Shown here: positions 26,213 through 38,875 of the stretch, in pieces
How the letters are laid out: every line of letters begins with the position of its first letter
Position numbering within the stretch: position 1 is the stretch's first letter
From: Octopus bimaculoides
Lineage: Eukaryota
Length of the DNA stretch: 63,902 nt
Reading direction: 5' to 3'
Assembly: GCF_001194135.2 (NCBI RefSeq)
Contig: NC_068989.1
Location: forward strand, 18,533,314-18,597,215
Notes under the pieces: model-generated
Told to the model about the DNA's origin: nothing
Database searches by the model: none
What the model saw: only the letters and a program-made list of their open reading frames with translations
Translations under genes and position numbers: made by a program

Positions 26213-26615
26213 GTTTGTGTATACATGATTAAATGCTTTGACAGTTACCATATGAAATGTGTGTGTGTGTGTGTGTGTGTGTACGACAGACACCAAAAGT
26301 CAGTCGGCAAACCCCTCAATGCCTGGAATACCCTCACAAGTCAAAACTGCAATACACAAACTGGACTTCCTCCTCAGAGTAAAATTCCCACCTCTTTCAC
26401 TATAGTTCTATAATAGTAATAATAAAATTAAAATTTTGAAGAGGCATGGTAGATGAGACTTGTGTAGGGAGGAGCTATTTGCATTCTGATGTTCATTGTT
26501 CCTGGTAAAGGCTAGTTAGTTGGTACCTCTCACCTAAGCAGAAAAGCTTAAATAGGAAGTGCTTAGTAAAAGCAAATCCAAAAATGCGGTGCAGACTCTA
26601 GCATGATGACTACGC

Positions 26616-26649
<34 letters not shown>

Positions 26650-26654
26650 TACAT

Positions 26655-27136
26655 TGTTTTGTCTTGGTATAAACGATGGGCTACAGCAAATATTCTGCTC
26701 AATACCACAGATTTGCTTGTCAGTTGTTTGACCTTAACCCGTTGAGCATGTCCCTTGGTGGCTGACAATATGTGCATCTCTGCTCATGAGCAGAAGTAGT
26801 GGGGGAGCATCATAGCCATGTGTTGAGAGGAATTTTGGGGGGTTTGAATAATTCACCTTTGGAAACATGGGTGTTTTGCTCAACATCCTTAAACAACCCT
26901 TATTCAGGAACCTTTTGAGTGGGATGGGCTACTCAACCTGAAGAAAATTCTAACTGGGCCCCACCTGCAAGGTCATGGACTGTTTACCTTGATATGAGAT
27001 CACCATGTCACCCACATATGGTTGTGATGCATGTGCCTGGTGTACCCTTATCAGACAGGTAGTCATGGTGGGTATAATGGGCTTCATATATTTTACCCCA
27101 GTGTCACTTTGATGGCATGCACTGCTCTCTCACTCA
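26655..27136 (+). repeat. Unclassified ~480-bp non-coding interspersed element flanked by (AAT)n
   Basis: Sharp boundaries between two AAT tracts; no ORF; no second full copy in this window. Confidence 0.4.
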
Positions 27137-27195
27137 ATAATAATAATGATAATAATAATAATAATAATAATATAATAATAACTGTTATTATTATT

Positions 27196-27471
27196 TCCAT
27201 TTCACTTCTCAGAGCACTTCAATTCACTTGCTCTGGCTAATTCTTCAAGACCAGACAACAACCTGCTGTTAAGGATCTCATGGGGTCTCTTTCCACACAA
27301 CACTTAACATCCAAGTACCAATTTCAAAATCTTCACTGACCTCAATAAAACAGTTTCCTGAACATGTTCTACCCTCATGTCAATCCCAATTTCTCCAACA
27401 ATTTTCTCAAATCTGGTTGTTAATGCTCCCAGTGCCCCTACAACTAATGGAATGACACTTACTTTCTTCAT
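27196..27471 (-). mobile_element. R4/Dong-like LINE 3' end embedded in (TAA)n
   Basis: Manual translation of 27471-27304: MKKVSVIPLVVGALGALTTRFEKIVGEIGIDMRVEHVQETVLLRSVKILKLVLGC*, like the C-terminus of restriction-like-endonuclease LINEs. Confidence 0.7.
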
Positions 27472-27480
27472 CATCATTAC

Positions 27481-27517
<37 letters not shown>

Positions 27518-27695
27518 TCTGATTTTGATACAAGGCCAGCAATTTTGAAGGTGGGGCTTAGTCATTTCCATCAATACCACTATTTGACTGCTACTTTATT
27601 TTATCAGCCCCAGAGGGGCTATGACCCCACCATGATCCCACCAATTATCGTGTGGAACCTTAGGAACAATGACAAAAAATTTTTTTGAACAAACC

Positions 27696-27802
27696 TTGAA
27701 TCATAATCTAGGAGTTGAATCATAATCTAGGAGTTGAATCATAATCTAGGAGTTGAATCATAATCTAGGAGTTGAATCATAATCTGGATCATAATCTAGG
27801 AG
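27696..27802. repeat. 19-bp minisatellite (TTGAATCATAATCTAGGAG), ~5.5 copies
   Basis: Direct inspection. Confidence 0.95.
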
Positions 27803-28096
27803 TGCAGTGCAGGACACCTGTTTACTAGTTTCAATAAGACTTACCTAAAAGTCCTCAGTGCAAAATAAGAAGAGCTATGAAGGGCAAGAATTTTTTTTTT
27901 TTTTTTTTAAATATATACAGGAGGTATAAAATGCTCCATGGTTTAAAAGGATCTATAATAAAACTGGGCTCGACATCAGTACCATATAGCAACAGAATAA
28001 TGATAATAATAATATTAATAGTTTCTGGTTAGTAATTTTGAGAGGAATAGTTTAGTTGATTCCATCAACCCCAATTCTAGACTGGTGCTTTCTAAT

Positions 28097-28487
28097 GTTG
28101 TTGTTGTTAGCACTCCGTCGCTTACGACGTCGAGGGTTCCAGTTGATCCGATCAACGGAACAGCCTGCTTGTGAAATTAACGTGCAAGTGGCTGAGCACT
28201 CCACAGACATGTGTACCCTTAACGTAGTTCTCGGGGATATTCAGCGTGACACAGTGTGACAAGGCTGATCCTTTGAATTACAGGCACAACAGAAACAGGA
28301 AGTAAGAGTGAGAGAAAGTTGTGGTGGAAGAGTACAGTAGGGTTCGCCACCATCCCCTGCTGGAGCCTTGTGGAGCTTTTAGGTGTTTTCGCTCAATAAA
28401 CACTCACAACGCCCGGTCTGGGAATCAAAACAGCGATCCTATGACCGTGAGTCCACTGCCCTAACCACTGGGCCATTGCGCCTCCAC
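28097..28487 (-). mobile_element. SINE family A
   Basis: Full copy; TSD GCTTTCTAAT at 28087-28096 and 28488-28497. Confidence 0.92.
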
Positions 28488-30093
28488 GCTTTCTAATATA
28501 GGCACAAGACAAAAATTAATGGGAACAGAATGCAGTTAACTGAATCACCTTGGTTTCAGAAGCACCAAAGCAAAGTTGCCTTTGCTGGGATTTGAAGTCA
28601 GAAGATAATTAAATGATGTAAAACATTTTAATCTGCTTTTCTGCCTATTCTGCTACTAAACCAAACTTGTAAAATAAACAACTTAGATAAGTTTTAAAAT
28701 AGAGTCTTGGCTTTTAAAATATTTTTATATATCAAGATGTAATTTTTTTATCCATTTTTTTCTCTTTTCATAATATTTTGGAAGAGAGTGGGGAAGTCCA
28801 TTTAAGTTTTAAACTATATTTTTTTTTTTACCTCTTCAAGTCTTTAAGCCTCCACATTGTATCTAAAGAGATTAAAATCTGTTCTACTTATTACGCTCCA
28901 TGTATGTGAGTGCGTGTGCACATGTGATGTACACATATTCTCAGCCACAAATAAACTTACTTGTTTATTAAAATAGTTCATCATCATCATCATCAACATC
29001 ATCACCAACATCACCTCATCATCATCAGCCATAATCAGCAGATTACATTAAAAGTGTAACTCGCTACAACTGCAGCTGCAACACTCCCACCACCACCACC
29101 ACCATTACTGTTACTGCAGCAGAAGAAAGTAAAAAGGTTGTTCTATGGTAGTTATTCGCTCTCCTGTTTCTTCTTAAAAACAACAATTGCAACACCAGCA
29201 TCGTCATCATCATCATCATTATCATCATTCTGCCACTGTTGATTAATAATAACCGCAAAACAAACGAGATTTGCACATAGACAGAAAGTCTTCTGCAATT
29301 TATAATGCTACCACATCATCACAATCATCATCATCAACATCATTGACACGGTCATCTTCAAAATAGAATTTTTCAGAAGTTAACTTATTTACTTTGAAGG
29401 AAAACAAACAACAAACAAAAAATTTTTTTTTTAAATCTCTGAAAACTTCTACATATTGCTTTATTAATACTACCTGGTTGAGGATTAACATACAAACACA
29501 GTTTCTTATGCATACAATTGTACGTCCCTTGGTTACACATGCAGATACATGAGTGTCTGTACTCACTTATTCAACCAAAGGAACAGAAAGACAAACATAC
29601 ATGCATAATTTTAAATACAAATACACAGGTGTGTACATTCAAACATTCACACATACACACAGGCACATAATATATATATACATAAGTATATATACATACA
29701 TATATGCATATATACATACATATATATATATATATATGTGTGCCATAAATATCGCCATCCATTTAGAGAAAAATTTGTAGTTTAGAATCAGTAGTTCTTT
29801 GACTGCTATTTCTAGATTTTCAGTATGTTGGAGAAGCAACCCATTGCTAATCCCTGTATATTTATGATGATAAATGATTTTACCGATAAAGGTTTTTTTC
29901 ATACTGAACTACTTGGCAAAATTGTTAATTATTAATTCTATTACTAATTGACGATTCCCTGCCTTTATTCTTGTATAATATATATATATATNNNNNNNNN
30001 NNNNNNNNNNNNNNNNNNNNNNNNNNNNNNNNNNNNNNATGGTGGCTAGACAAAATATAAAACCAAAAAGGAAAATTCAATTGTCACTAATAG

Positions 30094-30129
<36 letters not shown>

Positions 30130-30479
30130 TACATACATGCATACTTGCATACATACATACATACATACATACATACATACACACATATATGTACACATCT
30201 GTGAATTCAGATATATCTCAAGCCAATGGATAAGTCTCTATGTGGTCACTTGGCTTTCTAGAAATAGCAGCCAAATCTTTCTTAAATTACATTCTGCTGC
30301 CTCAAAAGTGGAATGACACATTGGATAATATGATCCCAGATACACTGTATCTGAAAACAAGACAGTCTGTTCCATGTAAGTTGATGTTGAGGTGAACAGT
30401 AAGAACATAGATATATCTGAACACAAAATGCACGCACAGAGACATCCTAAAAGTAAATATTGTGATGAGTCACATGTTT

Positions 30480-31270
30480 TGCAATATTTTGATAACTTAT
30501 TTGCTTTGCAACAAAAGTAGCCTAAGTTGAAGCCATCGCGTTGCACTGCCTGAAACCACCTTTTAACCCATTCTTTGATCCCATGCCAATACCAGTTCTT
30601 ATCCTTCAAAGCGAAGAACTTCACTGAAGCTCCTACCTCCTCTTGATTGATGAAGCATCATAAGCATAGTAAGTGAACCATGGATTGCAGCAAACAATAA
30701 TCCAAAGGAGCTAGGTCCGGACTGTATGCTGGGTATGGTATCAGTTTGATCCCTCAAGTTCCTGGAGTTTATTCCAGGTCGTTCAAGTGGTATACGGTCA
30801 TGTGTTGTCCTGCCACAGAAGAGCTCACTTTCTGCTAACCAATGTGAGGTATTTTTGCCACAAAATGACATAAATCCATGAGATGCAAAGCTCGCCTGAT
30901 AGCCCTTAATTATTTGCCTCTGTGACTTGGAGCATGGCCTTGGAAGCTGCAGATTTAGGCCTACTTGACCACACCTGATCATCAACGTTTTTGCAAACCA
31001 AGTGAAATTTCTTCAACCCAGCTGGTTACTTTATTGTGAATAACTGTGCCATCACGTTTTGCACTGCAAATGTTTCTGATTGCTTCTGCAGCATTATGGC
31101 CCGGCTTGAACTTGTAAAGCATAAGTTCCAGCATTAGATTATGATCATGTTTATCTGTGCCGCTTTCAAACCACATACAGAGTGAAGCAATGCACAATAT
31201 GTCAACACATCAACTACCATGGTACTACCAACCTCAGCAGGTATCGTCTACAGCATGGAACTGCTTCAGT
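30480..31270 (-). mobile_element. Internally deleted mariner transposase remnant
   Basis: N-terminal MLYKFKPGHNAAEAIRNIC..TVIHNKVTSW and C-terminal FFALKDKNWYWHGIKEWVKRW. Confidence 0.7.
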
Positions 31271-31280
31271 CACATTATAT

Positions 31281-31653
31281 TAGATAGATTGGCACTCCGT
31301 CGCTTATGACGTCGAGGGTTCCAGTTGATCCGATCAACGGAACAGCCTGCTCGTGAAATTAACGTGCAAGTGGCTGAGCACTCCACAGACACATGTACCC
31401 TTAACATAGTTCTCAGGGATATTCAGCCTGAAACAGTGTGACAAGGCTGACCCTTTGAATTACAGGCACAACAGAAACAGAAAGTAAGAGTGAGAGAAAG
31501 CTGTGGTGGAAAAGTACAGCAGGGTTCGCCATCATCCCCTGCCGGAGCCTCGTGGAGCTTTAGGTGTCTTCGCTCTATAAACACTCACAACGCCCGGTCT
31601 GGGAATCGAAACCGCGAGTCAGCTGCCCTAACCAATGGGCCATTGCACCTCCA
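31281..31653 (-). mobile_element. SINE family A between the mariner remnants
   Basis: Near-full copy; direct repeat CAGTCACAT at 31267 and 31654. Confidence 0.9.
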
Positions 31654-31789
31654 CAGTCACATGATATACATGCTGCAAATTAGCACATATGCAAACATTG
31701 CAAAACCTGACTTGCCTCAATAGATACCATTGTTTTTAAAAGATTTATCCTTTCTTTAGATATTTTCCTGTTCAAAGAAGAGGTTTCCT

Positions 31790-32268
31790 TCCAGCTGCTC
31801 TGCCAAAGTAGCCAAGCTGATAGAGATACCTCACAGAAGTGGTCTGGCTCTTTTGGAGTTGCTCTGCAACATCAGCTGGCTCATAGCAGGGATCATTTTC
31901 AACAATCCATGTGACGACAGCCCAAAGAAACTGTCTGAGGTTCCAGGTTGCTGCTGATGCATTTCTTTTACTGGAGGAATTGTACAATCACTCAGTTGAC
32001 TGTGGAAAGAGGCATCCCAAGATTTTGTGTAATCTTACACTAGTTAAGTCCACCCTTAGCTTGACCCATGATACACCTTTGAAAATCAGACAACTATTTT
32101 GATTCTGGTGCTTGCAGCTTGGCTAGTTGCAATAAACAATTAATATACCGTAACCTGAAATGAAAACTAATAATGCATTAAAAGGTTTGAAGCACCAGGT
32201 AGTGTCTGCTCAGATGCAACTGTACAATGAGGAGTGTCTATTTATTTTTGAGATGCCAGTGTACATGT
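31790..32268 (-). mobile_element. Second mariner/Tc1 remnant (second HTH, possible TIR)
   Basis: IVENDPCYEPADVAEQLQKSQTTSVRYLYQLG; TIR-like TACACTGGCATCTCAAAAATAAATAGAC at the right end. Confidence 0.55.
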
Positions 32269-33404
32269 AAAAATACACATGCACATACATACATACATAC
32301 AATAATGACCTTGGAAAGCGAGACAATAATTCCTTACTGACTTACACTTCACCATATTCTCATCTGTCTCTCTTTTATGGTAATTTCAAGTAATTTGTTT
32401 TTCTTTCCACATTTTATAAATTCATTCTGCTTTGTTTCTTACAGAAATAAAAATAAAGATGAATAAATAAGAATAAAGATGAAATTAAAATAAATAAATA
32501 AATATTAATTTGTCTCTCTTCTAAATATACTTATCTATTTTGTTTATTGTTCTCTTTATTGCCTGTTTATGTCCTAGCAAAACAAAATTTAGAAAATATT
32601 TTACCAGTTATGCTATATCAAAAATACCTCATCTCTCTCCCCCTCTAAATGTTTTATTCACTATGCTGGTATATCATATTAAAGATATATGTTTCCTATA
32701 AATCGTTTAGACAGTACAGGTACAGTGTATCAATGAAGGCACACCTGTCTTCTATAAGACAGGTGCATATATGACGGCGAGCTGGCAGAAACGTTAGCAC
32801 ACCGGACAAAATGCTTAGCGGTATTTTGTCTGTCGCTACGTTTATAGATAGATAAAGAATATAGGAAAAGGTGGCGAACTAGTAGGATCGTTAGCACGTC
32901 AGGCAAAAGGCTTAGCGACATTTCGTCCGTCTTTATGTTCTGAGTTCAATTGCCGCCGAAGTCAACTTAGCCTTTTGTCCTCTCGGGGGTTGATAAAATA
33001 AGTGCCAGTTGAGCACCGGAGTCGATGCAATCGACTTACTTCCTCCCCCGAAATTTCTGGACTTGTGTCAAAATTTAAAATCAATGTGGTAATATATACG
33101 ACAACTGAGCAGTGACAGGGAAGAAAGGCGAGGCAAAAAATTATTCAAAGCTTTGACTGTTGGAAAGAACACCTTAAAAACATTTTAATTGCCTAAAGCA
33201 TTCGTTCTACAAGCCATTTAACTGTGGATGGTAGTGAAGCATTTTGAAAAAAAAAATGCAGTCAATTTTCAGTAGCAAAGAAGAGATTATTGACACGCAA
33301 TCCATCTTGTCTTCTCCATCACATAACACTGACTGATCAGTCTTTCTCTTATTCTTTATGCATATTGGAAGAGGAGTCTTTTTTTTATATATATATACTA
33401 GCAG

Positions 33405-33640
33405 CTTTGTATTTCTCCTGCTCGTGAAATTAATGTGCAAGTGGCTGAACATTTCAAACACTTAGTTCTGAGAGAGATTCAGCGTGGCACAATGTGACAT
33501 GGCTGGCCCTTTGAAATACTACTCGTTTTTGCCAGCTGAGTGGACTGCAGCAACGTGAAATAAAAGTGCCTTGCTCAAGGACACAACGCTCCCTTATGAT
33601 TGTGAGCCGAATATCCTAGCCACTTACCCACGTGCCATCA
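33405..33640 (-). mobile_element. Sister SINE sharing the family A 3' module but with a different centre
   Basis: Minus strand GCGTTGTGTCCTTGAGCAAGGCACTT...CCACTCAGCTGGCAAAA then TCAAAGGGCCAGCC...CACGAGCAG as in family A. Confidence 0.7.
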
Positions 33641-34412
33641 CCATGAAAACCGGCCTGGAAATCTAACTAACCCCGAATAGGAACATGTTCTACCTGGCGT
33701 CTTACATTCGATGTAGTTCATATTGTGTACTTCCAAAGATGCAGCACCTCGTGAACGTCTCATCACCTTTCCTCGAAAAAAACAGCTAGAAAATGTGAAT
33801 AGCAGACTGGCCTTATTTGCTCAAAAGTTTTCTGTTGCAGAGTTACATTCATAATAAAGACGACCCTTTAGTGTAAGATGCTGATCTATTATTATCAAAT
33901 CACCAACATGCTCATATTTTTCTCAATCATCAAGAAAACACTATAGCAATTAAGGACTTAACCCCGTCAAGAGATACTCCAGATAATGTTTTTTTTTTTC
34001 GAGAATATATTAATATTTCCGAAAAATTTGCTGAATTGTCTATCATTATTCCTAATGAAACAGCTAGATAGCAACCTGATCAAACATTATAAACTAACGA
34101 GCTCTCAACGAACTGTGCTACGTTTTACATGTATTAAAAGATTTCTCGAAAGATATGATTACACCCAAATATTTTGCATTGTATTAGATATTATATTATT
34201 ATGCTTGAATATACTGAAATGTTGAGATGTTCTAATAATATTCTATGGATGTAGTTTTTATATATATATATATGCATGCCTATGTGTGATAGGTAAGAAA
34301 GTATTAATTTTTATCTTTATATCAAACTGAACGTGGATGTCTCGTTAGAACGCTGAATACAACAATATTAACATTGTGATGTCCTCTCATATAGATGAAG
34401 GGTGCATAAAAG

Positions 34413-34715
34413 CACAGGGTGCCACTTTGGCATGTGATCTACAAGGGAGATTACCGTAGGACTTACTTAGCATTATAAATGTATTTTTTCAAAATTCTTA
34501 CTATTTTAATAATAGGAAAACCATATTTCATTTGTCTTAGTAATTAATAATAGTAAAACCATGAATAAACAATATAATAATTAAAATAAGCACGTAGATC
34601 ACCCACCCAAGTAAATTTGCTCATGTAGATCACAAAACAAAGTAGCACTAACACAAAGTAAACTAAAAAGTAACCTCCCTTTAAATTGTAGCTCACTCAC
34701 CAAAGTGGCACCAAG
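34413..34715. mobile_element. Possible hAT-like MITE
   Basis: CAGGGTGCCACTTTGG ... CCAAAGTGGCACC inverted termini; AT-rich interior; no clear TSD. Confidence 0.45.
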
Positions 34716-34722
34716 CACAAAC

Positions 34723-35059
34723 ATGTCGTAGCAGACGAGAATCCTCAGTTATGGACGCTGGAACAGCCGGTTCACATGATTTCAGTCTGGACTTCCTCAG
34801 ATGCAAGTGCCTGGTGACAGCATACCAGCCAAATTTTGCTGCCTTAATATATAGAATATCAGTGTCTTTTCAGTCACTAATGCCGAAAATAGATAGCAGG
34901 CTTATTAAAAAATAATTAATAGCAACGGAAATAGTATTAGTATCAAAATGCAATCTTTATATCCAATTTAATGTAGATTTCTTAAAACGCCAAATACTGC
35001 AGTCACATGATCTGGCAGTTCTGGTACCCATAACAGATGATTCTCATCTGCAACGACAT
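34723..35059. mobile_element. Unclassified MITE with ~35-60-bp imperfect TIRs
   Basis: ATGTCGTAGCAGACGAGAATCCTCAGTTATGG versus CCATAACAGATGATTCTCATCTGCAACGACAT. Confidence 0.65.
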
Positions 35060-35698
35060 ATATATGTGGTTCTATGCATTGAGCGCTTATACCAGAGAAT
35101 CTCTTAAGGATAATACCTAGTTCTTACAAGACCTCAATGTTAAGTTGAATATAAAGATACTGGTTCCGTTGCTAATAATATTTTAAAAATTTTATGGAAA
35201 TAATGTATTATAACATTAGCAATGGTACAGTCTCCAAGAGATTCTGCAATTTTTGCCTATCAATGCTACTGTAAATACACTTATAAACTATTATCACTGC
35301 AGTTTTCCAATAGACATCAGTTTAGCTTTTTGTCCAATAAAGCCTGATTAATATGAATTTTATTTTGGGATAATCAGACTTCAGAGAATATCAAAGTTCT
35401 AGACAGAATGAAAGGACATTGAAGCATGCATTCAGACCCTGCGGAGCAGTGGGGCTAAAGCTGAAGTTAATGAATTTGTTCTAGTGTTTATGTCTTGCTT
35501 AAATTAAAGTTTTAGGTAGTCAGCGAGAGTTGAAATGTTGACACGCTGCCAACGACGCATGGCCCTATATCTGACCTGAGTCTTAAGATAGGAGAGATAA
35601 CAAGTGTACGACAAAGAATATAGATTTTAAATTTGCTTTCTCTGAAGATTGCATTTTCAGGATGATCTATATGATCTTTACCCTATCTTAATATTCAA

Positions 35699-36055
35699 TT
35701 GTTGTTGGCAGTCCGTCGCTTACGACGTCGAGGGTTCCAGTTGATCCAATCAACGGAACAGCCTGCTCCTGAAATTAACGTGCAAGTAGCTGAGCACTCC
35801 ACAGACACGTGTACCCTTAACGTAGTTCTCGGGGATATTCAGCGTGACACAGTGTGACAAGGCTGATCCTTTGAATTACAGGCACAAAAGAAACAGGAAG
35901 TAAGAGTGAGAGAAAGTTGTGTTGAAAGAGTACAGCAGGGTTCGCCACCATCCCCTGCCGGAGCCTCGTGGAGCTTTAGGTGTTTTCGCTCAATAAACAC
36001 TCACAACGCCCGGTCTGGGAATCGAACCCGTGAGTCCAAACCACTGGGCCTCCAC
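35699..36055 (-). mobile_element. SINE family A
   Basis: Small deletions in head; TSD TAATATTCAA at 35689-35698 and 36056-36065. Confidence 0.9.
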
Positions 36056-38460
36056 TAATATTCAAACACCTCAGTTAAAAAAAAAAATAACAGCATTACA
36101 TTAGAAATTGTGCATTTCATAGTTCTCTATAAGCTTCTAACAATCTATAGTTTTCAAAATAACCATGGAATTTCCATAAGTACTGCTAAGTTTCAATTAT
36201 GCAACTTTATTTTTAGAAAGGCATGTCAAAACACCATCCCACCCCACCCCACTGTCAGCCTCATGCCAACAAATTTAAGATGTGGAGGTATTTCACTCAT
36301 TTCCCAATGTGGTCACTTGAGCTGCTAGAAACAGCAACCAAATCTCTTTTAAATCACATTTTTTGTAAACAAGGACCATAAAATGTGGTCTTAGATACAC
36401 TCAGACTGGAACAAAGACAAGGTAGTTGTGGTTGGAACTCCATTAACATAGATCTGTTTGATCAAGATTGAGTTTGGCTTGAACAATATGTTGAAAACTG
36501 CCTCATTCTTGTCATTGTGACTGTAATTCCTATCATCTTACAACAGATGAAAAACCAACAATTGCACTGTATTATTGACTTCCCATTATGACTGGGTTCA
36601 CCAATCGAGCCTTGTCTCACCTACTGACAAGTTATCTGTCCAGTTGCATAGGAAAGAGTGTGGTGTCATACATTAAGCCACACAAAAGGTTAAGATTCTT
36701 AATGTGTTTAGAGTTTACGTGCTGTAAAATTTGATAGTTCTGAGTTAGCCCAGTGTGGTTTTAGTGCACTTAGATGTTTGTTTTGGTGTGTGTGAAAGAC
36801 AGAGGTAGGGTTGTTTGTATGTTGCATACTCCTTTCAGATTTTCATGTGGTCATTCAATTGTTTTCAAATGGTTGTGATACAGTTTTTGTGTGATAAGTG
36901 GTTATGGCCTTTCACTGTGTGAAGAATCATGATTAATATTTTCAACAACAGTAAGGCAGTGAGCTAGCAGAATCATAAGCATGTCAGTCAAAATGCTTAG
37001 TGGAATTTCAACTATCTTTAACTTGTTTCAGTCATTAGACTGCAGCCATGCTGGGGCACTACCTTGAATTCTTTTAGTCAACACCAGTACTTATTTTTTT
37101 AAAGCCTGGAACTTAGCAGTTTAGCAAGAGACTGACAGAATAAGTTACAAGGATGCAAACACACCAACACCAGTTGTCAGTCAGTGGTGAGGGGACAAAC
37201 ACAAAGATATAAACAGGCTTCTTTCAGTTTCTTATTTTATTGCCCACAAGGGGCTAAACATAGAGGGGACAAACAAGGACAAAGGGATTAAGTTGATTAC
37301 ATCAACCTCAATGTGTAACTGGTGCTTAATTTATCGACCCCAAAAGGATGAAAGGCAAAGTCGACCTTGGTGGAATTTGAACTCAGAACGTAACGGCAGA
37401 CAAAATACTGCAAAGCATTTTGCCCAGTGTGCTAACGTTTCTGCCAGCTCACCGCCTTCTTTCAGTTTCTGTCTACCAAATCCACTCACAAGGCTTTGGT
37501 CAGCCAGAGGCTATAGTAGAAAACACCTTGCCTAAGGTGCCTTGCAGTGAGACTGACCCCAGAACCATGTGGCTGGGAAGCAAGCTTCTTATCACACAGC
37601 CACGCCTGCACCTATCTTTACATTCTGAGTTCAAATTCCATTGCGGTCAACTTTGCCTTTCATCTGTTGGGGATAAATAAAACAGGTACCAGTTGACCCA
37701 AAATTGCTGGCCTTGTACATGGTTTCAGGTTCAGTCCCACTGTGTGGCACATTGGGCAAATGCCTTCTATATAACACCAGGCCAACCCAAAGCTTTGTTA
37801 GTGGATTTGGTAGATGGAAATTGAGAAAAAAAAGCTTATCACATATGAGCACATGTATGTCAGTGACTTTCAGACTTGACTGTGTGGCAATGTCACCATC
37901 ATGCAAGTGGTATCCTTCATTTCCAATCATCCATGGAAAAAAAAAAAAAAAACATCAGGCCAAGGGAAAATACTTGGAAACAAGTGAGAGTTGGTGATAG
38001 GAAGGGCATCCAGCTGTAGAAAATCCACCTCAGCAAATTCCATCCAACCCATGTCAGCATGAAAAAGCAGATGTTAAATTGTTGACAAGGTGTAAGTTGT
38101 GCACTTTTAGCGCCTTGCATAAATTTTATTAATACCAGTTTCAAATTTTGGTACAAGGTCAGTAAGTCTGGAGAGCCAGGTAGGCCGATTACATGAACCG
38201 ATGTGCTAAACTGGTACTTATTTTACCAAGGCCCAGAAGGACGAAAGGCAAAGTCAACCTCAGCAAAATTTGAACTCAGAACATAAAGACAGATGAAATG
38301 CCACTAAGTCATTTTGCCCAGCATGCTAATGGTTCTGCCAGCTCACTGCTTCGTGTAAACTGTAATATTGGTATCTCTTTTGCAATTGTCTGTGGCAAAT
38401 CAGGGAACATTTAGGATAAGTTATAGATATTGATCTTTGAAACATCCAAGACAAGTTTGA

Positions 38461-38682
38461 TCCTTTCGATACCAACCCGGCCGAAACCGCCTTTGTCTCT
38501 GTAGTACAAAAAGTCTTGTTTCCATAAGTTCTGAATTAAAATCTTCCACCAAACCTTAGTCACAATTTATGTTCTTAACAGTAGCTGAATGACAACTAAG
38601 TTATTTTGCTGAATTTTTTGTTATATTTAAAGTAATTGAAAGAAACACAGAGCATTTCAAAATAAATGCAGTAACAAAAGGG
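38461..38682. mobile_element. piggyBac-type MITE, same family, opposite orientation, 222 bp
   Basis: TTGA|TCCTTTCGATACC...AAAAGGG|TTAA; body is the reverse complement of 61852-62073. Confidence 0.88.
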
Positions 38683-38869
38683 TTAAAAGCTTAACATAGG
38701 TCATATAATGGTTTTGTTATATAGCATCATCACAAATGTAACAACATAATGACAAACTAAAAATGCATTAGCATGTGTATGATGGAATGTTAACAAGAAT
38801 GAAAAAAAAAAAAAAAAAAAAAANNNNNNNNNNAAAAAAAAAAAAAAAAAAAAAAAGATTTTTTGGAAT

Positions 38870-38875
38870 TTTATT
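38870..38875 (-). terminator. Candidate distal poly(A) signal for ASF1
   Basis: AATAAA on minus strand followed ~14 nt later by a long U tract; sits at the end of a SINE-poor 5.8-kb stretch after the stop codon. Confidence 0.4.

Noticed and set aside
27696-27802. CRISPR-like short repeats (also 41101-41485, 21051-21140)
   Set aside because: Head-to-tail repeats with no unique spacers, no cas genes, eukaryotic context.
30445-32268. One full-length mariner spanning both remnants
   Set aside because: The second HTH lies upstream of the first in reading order, so they cannot be a single collinear element.
38803-38856. Long poly(A) tract as a retrocopy tail
   Set aside because: No upstream retroposed body or TSD identified, and it contains a gap.
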